This document shows positions 28,765 through 35,677 of a stretch of DNA of 64,000 nt, one piece after another. The notes under the pieces are model-generated. The model did no database searches and was not told the origin of the DNA. It saw only the letters and a list, made by a program, of their open reading frames with translations. The position numbers and the translations under genes are program-made. Numbering within the stretch: the stretch's first letter is position 1; each line of letters begins with the position of its first letter. Source of the stretch: a virus (taxonomy: Duplodnaviria; Caudoviricetes); the IMG/VR virus record IMGVR_UViG_3300037400_002732, positions 64,001 through 128,000 of that record. One strand, 5' to 3'.

Positions 28765-29953
28765 CTTGTATAATTGGTGAACTACTCACAGCGTAAAGGC
28801 TGTGAGCTTCGCGTTTCGTATCGATGTTTCCCGCGCCTTTAACCGCAGTCCCTGCGGCGATTAATCTTTTACCTTCGGTAAGGATGTTGATGGCGGCATT
28901 GACGTCACGGTCATGAGATGTTCCGCACTGCGGACACGTCCACGACCTTACGTTCAAGTCCTTGGCCAACATATTTCTATAACCACATCGATGACAGAGC
29001 TGAGTTGATGGAAACCATCGTCCGACACGGACGATGGTTCGTCCGTACCATTCAGCCTTATACTGTAGTTTGTTCAGAAACATCCTCCAAGCGGCGTCAT
29101 GTTCAGACTTCGCGTGGACACCCTCGGAGACCTCGCGCACGTCGAGATCTTCGACCACCACCGTTTGGTTCTCGCGGAGTAGTCGAGTGGACAGCTTGCC
29201 AAGAAAATCCTTCCTTCGGTTAGCAACTTTTTCATGTTCGCGAGCAATGCGTACGCGCAACTGCTCGCGTCTATTTGAACCTTTCTGCTTTTTGGATAAA
29301 GCTCGCTGAAGGTCAGCGATACGATTTTCCGATTCTTTTTGGAACCGAGGATTCGAGACAGCTTCGCCGTCGCTGGTAACGCAGAATTCTTTAAGCCCTA
29401 AGTCGATTCCTATTTCGAATTCGGATGTCGGCAGTGCCTTCGGCACAGCCTCCTCGACCAAGATCGACGCATAGTAATTTCCAGCACGTGACCGTGACAC
29501 GGTCACGTGCTTGATGTCCCTTACAGACCAGTCGATATCTTCGTAGTTGCGGAAGGAAACTAAGCCTACCTTCGGCAGACGGAGCCTCCGCCCTTCTACA
29601 CGAATGTTGTTTTTCGTACGGTAAGTTGTATATGAATCCTTGTCGTTGTGCTTTGTCTTGAACTGCGGAAATCCGACTCCGTCGGCTTTCCGATCGAAGA
29701 AGTTCTTGAATGCCGTATTCAACGTAAGCACTTCGGCTGTCAAGGCGTTCGAATCGACTTCTTTCAAGAAAGGAAACTCTGTGTAGAAATCCGTCGGCTT
29801 AGACCGGCACTGCATGCCGGTCGCCTCGTATGATTTCTTACGTGCTTCTAACATGCAGTTGTAGACCTTACGGCAGCAGCCGAAAGTCTTGCAGAGCAAG
29901 ACTTCCTGATGCTTGTTAGGATACAGTCTGACGTTGTAGGCACGTTGAAACAT
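28745..29953 (-). CDS. tnpB: RNA-guided endonuclease TnpB
   Basis: N-terminal RAYNVRLYP...FGCCRKVYN; RuvC-I GIDLG, RuvC-II VVEDL, Zn finger CHRC/CPQC, RuvC-III DRDVNAAINI; all three catalytic acidic residues present. Confidence 0.96.
   Translation of the reverse strand: MFQRAYNVRLYPNKHQEVLLCKTFGCCRKVYNCMLEARKKSYEATGMQCRSKPTDFYTEFPFLKEVDSNALTAEVLTLNTAFKNFFDRKADGVGFPQFKTKHNDKDSYTTYRTKNNIRVEGRRLRLPKVGLVSFRNYEDIDWSVRDIKHVTVSRSRAGNYYASILVEEAVPKALPTSEFEIGIDLGLKEFCVTSDGEAVSNPRFQKESENRIADLQRALSKKQKGSNRREQLRVRIAREHEKVANRRKDFLGKLSTRLLRENQTVVVEDLDVREVSEGVHAKSEHDAAWRMFLNKLQYKAEWYGRTIVRVGRWFPSTQLCHRCGYRNMLAKDLNVRSWTCPQCGTSHDRDVNAAINILTEGKRLIAAGTAVKGAGNIDTKREAHSLYAVSSSPIIQEKSAMV
28757..28900 (-). ncRNA. 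Predicted TnpB omegaRNA (right-end scaffold plus guide CAATTATACAAGAAAAATCC at 28776-28757); 5' limit approximate
   Basis: Established architecture: the scaffold overlaps the tnpB 3' end/right end and the guide is the flank after the TCAC cleavage site. Confidence 0.6.
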
Positions 29954-30072
29954 GGTTCAATAGTTCTAATCTTTATTTTTTATATAGTTTATAACTAGTT
30001 AAATTATTTTTGTCACGTTCCGTGCCTATTATCTGCCACCCTTTATGGTGGCAGTTTTCTCAGTGCGTTCTT
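28777..30072 (-). mobile_element. tnpB-only (IS1341-type) IS200/IS605 element, 1296 bp
   Basis: Right end GAAG-CTCACAGC-CTTTAC-GCTGTGAG-TAGT-TCAC ending at 28777; left-end hairpin CTGCCACC-ATAAAG-GGTGGCAG (30033-30054) with AAAA at its foot and TTAT just outside; joining the flanks restores a consensus TGATAAACT promoter; no tnpA present. Confidence 0.85.
29986..30015 (-). promoter_or_regulatory. tnpB promoter: GTGACA-N17-TATAAA overlapping a TTATAAACT late-type motif
   Basis: Minus strand GTGACAaaaataatttaactagtTATAAACT, about 33 nt upstream of the tnpB ATG. Confidence 0.5.
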
Positions 30073-30079
30073 ATAAACT
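30071..30079 (+). promoter_or_regulatory. Late promoter TTATAAACT formed at the IS left junction
   Basis: ATAAACT from phage DNA plus TT from the IS end; 25 bp upstream of ATG 30105. Confidence 0.7.
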
Positions 30080-30104
30080 GCACACAAATCACGTTGAGTA
30101 AACC

Positions 30105-31631
30105 ATGAAGACTAAGGCTATTTTAGAAAGCAACGCTATGCAAGATAACGAGCTTGCCGCGAATGGTGGTGATATTGACAACACTGGTATCCCAAGTGGT
30201 CTTCCTTTGGCTAAAGGCCAGCAAGGTAATGTCAAGTCCGAGCAAAAACTGCTGAATGACGCCTTTGACGAAGGCTACGATGAAGCTATGCTCGACGCTG
30301 ACCTGGCTGCCGAACAGAAAGCAAGCGAAGATCCGTTTGGCCCAGAGACAAAGCATACTATTAAATTCGATGAAGAAGCTGAACGAGACAATGTCGATCT
30401 TCCAGAACAACAAGAAAGCTATATCGACCAACTGGCCAAGTACTACCGAGTAATGGCTCAAGAATTCAAGCTACGTTTTCACGACAAGCCAGAAGACGGC
30501 GAAAAGCTGGCACAGTTCTTAGTCACTAAGATTCTCAGCAAGCCGAACAGCACCAATGCGCAAAAATGGATCGATTACATCAACAACAGGGCGCAGAAAG
30601 GCAAGAGTAAGTCAATAATCCAGATGAAGATTATTCCTACGTTAGCTAAAGCGGCCAACATCGAAGTACCTCGTCAAGTCAACAACGAACAAACTGAATA
30701 TATCGCAAACCGAAATGGAAATTTCGTAGGGTCTATAGTCGTTCCGGAAGGCTTCAACCAGCCGCCAATCGACTTAGGCAATACAGCGATCTCATTCGAA
30801 TTTGGATACCCGGCAATCAACTACAAGAGTAAACTGATCACCGAAATTACTGGGGAAACCGAACAGAATCGTCTCAAGAAGTTGCTAATCGCATTGATCG
30901 AGCAAATCAACGGAACTCCAGCAGCGAAGACATTTTTGACTCGCGGCGTATTTCAATCATGGACTGGAAAGAAAGCTCGTTCAACATTGAATCGAGTGAT
31001 TAAAGAAGCGGCCCATGCAATGGGTGTTCCAATGATTCGTCGTCCATTAAAAGTTACCGCGCAAGCATTAGTCGGCGACTCAGAGGCTGAAGACATTTCA
31101 TGCATCCCTATCAATCAGACTGCCAACAAGAAGGCGATCGTACGCGAGTCAATAGACGCAAACGATACGAACGCATTATATGAGGGCCCTATCAACTTTA
31201 TCAAGAATCGCTTTAAAGCTGACTCGACTTCCGCACAGATGTTCGGTCAACCAGTAACATTGAACCGCAATTACTTGTGCCAATTCTATACCGTCTTGGC
31301 ACCAAGTGGTACAGCCGGTCTGACTAAGTACGCAAGGTTCATGGATCAAGACGATTACGACAATATAGTCAGTAAGCTTGGCGAGAAAACAATGCAAGAA
31401 ATCAAGGACGCCAACAGCAATGTGAACGACCGTTTGTTCATTGATTATCTCAACAAGACTAGCGGGGTTCCGCCATTCTATATCCTTATTCCTCGTAAGA
31501 ACGAACGCATCCGCGTATGCGACGAGAATATGGTAAACGGCAATGTCTGCGTCAAGTCAATCGACAGCAAAAACAAGGAAGCATACTTCTTCCCTCAAGA
31601 AAATGTTAAATCCGTATTCGAAGCTGGGTAA
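30105..31631 (+). CDS. Late protein (508 aa), paralog of the 26528..28675 C-terminal domain
   Basis: N-terminal MKTKAILES; IVVPEGF, FEFGYPAINY and GVPPFYILIPR match segments in the upstream gene. Confidence 0.8.
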   Translation: MKTKAILESNAMQDNELAANGGDIDNTGIPSGLPLAKGQQGNVKSEQKLLNDAFDEGYDEAMLDADLAAEQKASEDPFGPETKHTIKFDEEAERDNVDLPEQQESYIDQLAKYYRVMAQEFKLRFHDKPEDGEKLAQFLVTKILSKPNSTNAQKWIDYINNRAQKGKSKSIIQMKIIPTLAKAANIEVPRQVNNEQTEYIANRNGNFVGSIVVPEGFNQPPIDLGNTAISFEFGYPAINYKSKLITEITGETEQNRLKKLLIALIEQINGTPAAKTFLTRGVFQSWTGKKARSTLNRVIKEAAHAMGVPMIRRPLKVTAQALVGDSEAEDISCIPINQTANKKAIVRESIDANDTNALYEGPINFIKNRFKADSTSAQMFGQPVTLNRNYLCQFYTVLAPSGTAGLTKYARFMDQDDYDNIVSKLGEKTMQEIKDANSNVNDRLFIDYLNKTSGVPPFYILIPRKNERIRVCDENMVNGNVCVKSIDSKNKEAYFFPQENVKSVFEAG

Positions 31632-31633
31632 TC

Positions 31634-32644
31634 ATGGAGAAAAACGTACTCTTAAACTGTCTATCAGTCGGTAAGTCACTTATCGAGGCTAACACCGCCT
31701 TCTACGTCAAGGAGGAAAAGGCCAAGAGTGCGAAGTCCAAGACTGACCGATACACGCAAGGCAAGAAGCTCGTTCGCCATTACATCGGTATTGAACGTGC
31801 CCCGGACGGCAACGCGGTTGTCGAGTTCGCCGTCCAGTCACGAAGTCAATCACAGATGAGACACTGCTTCATCGACATCATACCGAAGCAAGCCAACCTA
31901 TTCACGCTGGCACAGTCCACCAAGAAACTTGCCGACCGTGTAAAGCTTCTCCAAGACGCAGACGTCAAGTGCTTCTGTTCATGTCCGGACTTCAACTGGT
32001 CTGGCATGAAATGGAAGATGAAGCACCAGTACGACAGTCTTTCCGCTGGACACCATTCAGATGCGCCGAAGGACGACAACGGCGAGGACATTGCACCTCG
32101 CGTCCGTACGCCGCACTTGTGCGCCCACTTGATTGCAGCTTTCCAAGGTATGATTGCATGCGCTGGATCTATCATGAAGGATGCTAGAACGGCAACACCG
32201 CCTACACACGAGGAAGAAGCTCCGCAACCCACGCAAGAAAAGCACCCGGTCATCGGCAAGCAGCAGTCGGAAGAAAAATCTAATGAAATTATAAGTAATG
32301 CGGCAGATCAAAACGAAGCCGAAAAGGCTCGACAAGAAGCCATGGATTCATTCAGTCAAGGTGAAGGCGTCAAGACCGAAGAAACCCAAGCGGCCCTAAA
32401 CGCGCTCGCTGACAACCTTAATCCGGAGGCCCAGCCGACTGAAGATGAGGAAGTCGAGGATCCCGGCCTTGGACTTATCGGTAAGCGTGACGCGGAAGAA
32501 AACGATCCAGTCAAGCAAAGTAGTCTGTTCGCTTACGACGACAACGCCGACAATCCTATCTTCGACATCCCTCTTGATGAGGAAGAACCAGAAGAAGAAG
32601 TTGACGGCGACAACGTCATCGAGGAACCTATCGAACTGCCATAG
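31634..32644 (+). CDS. SWIM zinc-finger protein with acidic tail
   Basis: KCFCSCPDF...LCAHLIA (CxC...CxH). Confidence 0.75.
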   Translation: MEKNVLLNCLSVGKSLIEANTAFYVKEEKAKSAKSKTDRYTQGKKLVRHYIGIERAPDGNAVVEFAVQSRSQSQMRHCFIDIIPKQANLFTLAQSTKKLADRVKLLQDADVKCFCSCPDFNWSGMKWKMKHQYDSLSAGHHSDAPKDDNGEDIAPRVRTPHLCAHLIAAFQGMIACAGSIMKDARTATPPTHEEEAPQPTQEKHPVIGKQQSEEKSNEIISNAADQNEAEKARQEAMDSFSQGEGVKTEETQAALNALADNLNPEAQPTEDEEVEDPGLGLIGKRDAEENDPVKQSSLFAYDDNADNPIFDIPLDEEEPEEEVDGDNVIEEPIELP

Positions 32645-32645
32645 G

Positions 32646-33149
32646 CTAGTTCCAGATGGGTTCCATCGTCGCTACGGTAATCTGGTCGGACGTATTGTTC
32701 CACTTGTAATTGTTACCGATTAGCGTCATGAGTACATCGTAAATGACTGCACGAACAACACCGTTCTTCACTGACTGAAGGACGGTATTTAAGTACATCT
32801 TGTCGCATTCCTCGCGACCATACTCATTGAATCCGGATTCCTCGTACAACGCAGCAAGAACGATAGTTGCCGCTGGATCCAGCTTGACTCCTATAAGTTT
32901 CAGCACCTTCGCAACAATGTGTGGAAGCGGATAGGTCGCCGTAAAGCCCTTGTGAATCGTCACTCGGCTGCGGACACTGGTAAAGTCAATACTGGTGAGA
33001 TCTTCGGTATCGTCATCGACATCGCCATTCAACACGACAATCTCAGCAACAAAGTCCTTGGTCAAGACCAACTTTCCGTCCTTCTTGACGATGGCCTTAC
33101 GATTTTTTTCATCGACGACAATATTACGAATATACTGGGACATAATCAC
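32646..33149 (-). CDS. DUF1353-like protein (degenerate)
   Basis: TIHKGF...AATIVLAALY...REECDKMYL resembles the VP.GF...AAvvHD.LY...R..AD..F pattern but lacks HD. Confidence 0.45.
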   Translation of the reverse strand: MIMSQYIRNIVVDEKNRKAIVKKDGKLVLTKDFVAEIVVLNGDVDDDTEDLTSIDFTSVRSRVTIHKGFTATYPLPHIVAKVLKLIGVKLDPAATIVLAALYEESGFNEYGREECDKMYLNTVLQSVKNGVVRAVIYDVLMTLIGNNYKWNNTSDQITVATMEPIWN

Positions 33150-33183
33150 TCACCTTTTACTTTAGAAATTAGTCTAAAGTAGT

Positions 33184-34794
33184 TTAGGCGGCGTTAAAGT
33201 CCACCGGTTGGCAACTACGCTCATCCAATTCGTTGATGAAGCACTGGTCTGGGTTCGACGGCAAGGCAGCTTCGTATTCGTACTCGTACTCGATATCGGT
33301 ATGGGTCGGAATATCTTGGTTGAGAAGTTCCTCGTCCATAATGTAGCGGACATATTCGGCACAGTCTGCCGGAACAATGATGGAGTCGTGGACGGTGCAG
33401 AAATGACAGCCGATTTCTTCGATAATGCGCGGGCAAACCTTGTCGAAGACAAAGCTGCTTTCGATCTTCTGCATTTCGTACGCCAACGCAGCATGGCAAG
33501 ATTCCTTCATCGCCCACATGCACTCGTAGAGATTGTGGAAGTACTTCTTCCAGCAACGCTGAACTGCGGCACGGACTGGCTCACGCTTCTCATTGAAGTA
33601 AAGCGGAGAGAACAAGAAGGAAAGCATTCCCTTCTTAGCCTCGTCACGAGTAAGCTTGCGATTTAGGATAACGTCTTCGCTACATTCCTTCTGGAAGAAC
33701 TCATAGATCTTTCCATCGGCCACCAAGTTACGGTAAAGGTCGAGTTCGGATTCCATGTTGTCAAGCATGGTTGACTTCATGGATTCGTGCTTCCAGATCG
33801 GACGGAAACGGATAAATGTATCGCGGTTCTCGGCAAGGTCATTACGGTAGAAGTCGATATAACGGCGGAACACGGCAATGATGAACGCTGCCTGGGAAGA
33901 CTTGATATCGACTTCGGCAACAGACTCTCCATCGCAACGCAAGGCAGCATGACGGATTTCCTTCTTCATGTTCGTTACGTTGGTATGAATGCGGCCATAC
34001 TTGTCGTGCTTTACATACAAGTCACCATTAGCTTCGTCGCAGAGACCATTGAAGCGTTCGATCTTGGCTCTTTCCATAGCCTCGTTGGACGGAGTCATCT
34101 GCTTATTGGCCACCATTTCCTTGAGGGTCTTGTCAGCAACAGACTGGTCAACGCTGAAGTGGCTCAACTCGTTATAGCAAATCGCCACGACCGGATCTTC
34201 CATGGAGATACGCTTGCGTTCCTCGAAGGACTTGGCAATGCGCTTGAGAACAATCGGAGACGTAATGGCGTACTTCATCATGGAGCCATGCACCACGACT
34301 TCGGTATTCTTGAGCTTCTTGTCGGCACGAGTCTGCAAGTAAGTGGCGTAGCTGTTCTGGTAAGGAGCGCAGAGCCAGAAAGCCTTGCACTTACCCTTAC
34401 GGTTGGCATCACCTTTGATATAGGTTTCGGAACGGCCAATAAAACCGTTCTTGACCAAGCAGTTAATGGCAGTAATGTACTGATCGCCCAGCATCTTGTG
34501 AAGAAGGACTGCAGAAAGGTGGCAAGTCCAATACTTACGCGGAATGACCGGATTGACAATCATGTTGGTGGAAAAATCACTACGGAGCTGGCTAACGACC
34601 ATGTAAAGGACGAGGGCCATTGTATCGACAAGGGTCTTGGATGTAGGCGAGTGTCCGTTAGTTGTCATAAATTCGTGACAAAACTGACTAAATGCCTTGC
34701 ACAACATGGAAGGAAGTTCGATCTTGAACTCTTTGGAGGACTTATTCCTCTTCATTTGCGAGTGTTGGTTTAAAGGTTCTACGTTCACATCCAT
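33184..34794 (-). CDS. PolA/T7-RNAP-superfamily polymerase (TV-Pol-like) with N-terminal wHTH-like region
   Basis: DKYGRIHT pre-motif, motif A EVDIKSSQ, motif B RDEAKKGMLSFLF, motif C TVHDSIIV; no exonuclease domain. Confidence 0.75.
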   Translation of the reverse strand: MDVNVEPLNQHSQMKRNKSSKEFKIELPSMLCKAFSQFCHEFMTTNGHSPTSKTLVDTMALVLYMVVSQLRSDFSTNMIVNPVIPRKYWTCHLSAVLLHKMLGDQYITAINCLVKNGFIGRSETYIKGDANRKGKCKAFWLCAPYQNSYATYLQTRADKKLKNTEVVVHGSMMKYAITSPIVLKRIAKSFEERKRISMEDPVVAICYNELSHFSVDQSVADKTLKEMVANKQMTPSNEAMERAKIERFNGLCDEANGDLYVKHDKYGRIHTNVTNMKKEIRHAALRCDGESVAEVDIKSSQAAFIIAVFRRYIDFYRNDLAENRDTFIRFRPIWKHESMKSTMLDNMESELDLYRNLVADGKIYEFFQKECSEDVILNRKLTRDEAKKGMLSFLFSPLYFNEKREPVRAAVQRCWKKYFHNLYECMWAMKESCHAALAYEMQKIESSFVFDKVCPRIIEEIGCHFCTVHDSIIVPADCAEYVRYIMDEELLNQDIPTHTDIEYEYEYEAALPSNPDQCFINELDERSCQPVDFNAA

Positions 34795-34911
34795 AAGGTA
34801 GTAAAACTTTCCCTAGTTGTCAATCTCCATTGCAGGATTTAATTAAGACGAACCAGCGGTGCTAGTCCGGTCTTATCGCTGAGTTTATGGTCTCAGTGAT
34901 AACAGTGTACA

Positions 34912-34940
34912 AAGTTAAACTAAATCAATTTGAATTGCAA
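34912..34940 (-). promoter_or_regulatory. Early/middle promoter TTGCAA-N17-TAACTT
   Basis: Copy of TTGCAATTCAAATT upstream of the TV-Pol-like gene. Confidence 0.8.
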
Positions 34941-34966
34941 GCAAACTTAACCTCCGGTACATCCGA

Positions 34967-35108
34967 CCATTTTAATGTTTCGGAAATCAATAGATAGGAT
35001 TACCACATTATGTAAACTAAAATCATTGAATGTAAAGAAGAAGTTTACACACCGGAAAACAAAGTACTGACACACAGCCGCCATAGCGGCCCCCATTTAA
35101 ATGTTTCG
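34967..35108 (+). repeat. 16 bp direct repeat CCATTT(T/A)AATGTTTCG (34967-34982, 35093-35108) with GCCGC-CATA-GCGGC hairpin (35077-35090)
   Basis: 15/16 identical copies in the largest non-coding gap. Confidence 0.7.
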
Positions 35109-35136
35109 AGTTTTTATAATATATATATAGAGTAAT

Positions 35137-35165
35137 TTGCAATTCAAATTGTTTATGGCTATCTT
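35137..35165 (+). promoter_or_regulatory. Early/middle promoter TTGCAA-N17-TATCTT
   Basis: Fourth copy of the motif, in plus orientation, heading the uvsW-rnh-46 operon. Confidence 0.8.
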
Positions 35166-35173
35166 AGCATATT

Positions 35174-35677
35174 ATGCCTTATAACTCTACCATAACAATC
35201 GAATTGCTGTCAATGTTCCGCTGGAAGGAAACTGGATGGAAGACTCCAGTCTCCCTCATTTCCCCGGACGTCACCATCAAAATTGCAGCACATGACTCTT
35301 GCTTGAACCACCGTTGGTCTGTTCAGCTCGACAATGCGGAAGTCAACCTTCATAGCGAACTCGCCGATGAGTCGCTGAAGGACACGCTCGTCGCTGTAGT
35401 CAAGTCCAGATTGACCAAGGACATGAAGATTATCCAGATTTTCGGTGATTCTATGCGCCGAGGTGCTACCAAGCGTCTCAAGGCTCAAGCGAATATTTTC
35501 AGCGAGACCAACTACCGTATCGACTTTTCCCATAAATATCGATTCATCGTTGTTCTCGAAGGAACTTCTTTGGATAAACTGGACGGCGTCTATCTGGTTC
35601 CGTCGTATCTTCCGGCTCCGAAAGACGGATACGACGAGGATTCGTTCTACAAGATGCTTTGCTACGAGAGAGTATAA
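35174..35677 (+). CDS. Hypothetical protein (167 aa)
   Basis: ORF immediately after the promoter (possibly near-leaderless); TAATG-coupled to uvsW. Confidence 0.75.
   Translation: MPYNSTITIELLSMFRWKETGWKTPVSLISPDVTIKIAAHDSCLNHRWSVQLDNAEVNLHSELADESLKDTLVAVVKSRLTKDMKIIQIFGDSMRRGATKRLKAQANIFSETNYRIDFSHKYRFIVVLEGTSLDKLDGVYLVPSYLPAPKDGYDEDSFYKMLCYERV

Noticed and set aside
35574-35580. ATAAACT copies inside coding regions (35574, 9969, 10078, 5041)
   Set aside because: Several 7-mer hits are expected by chance. The copy upstream of uvsW is plausible, since T4 uvsW is late, but it cannot be supported from sequence alone.
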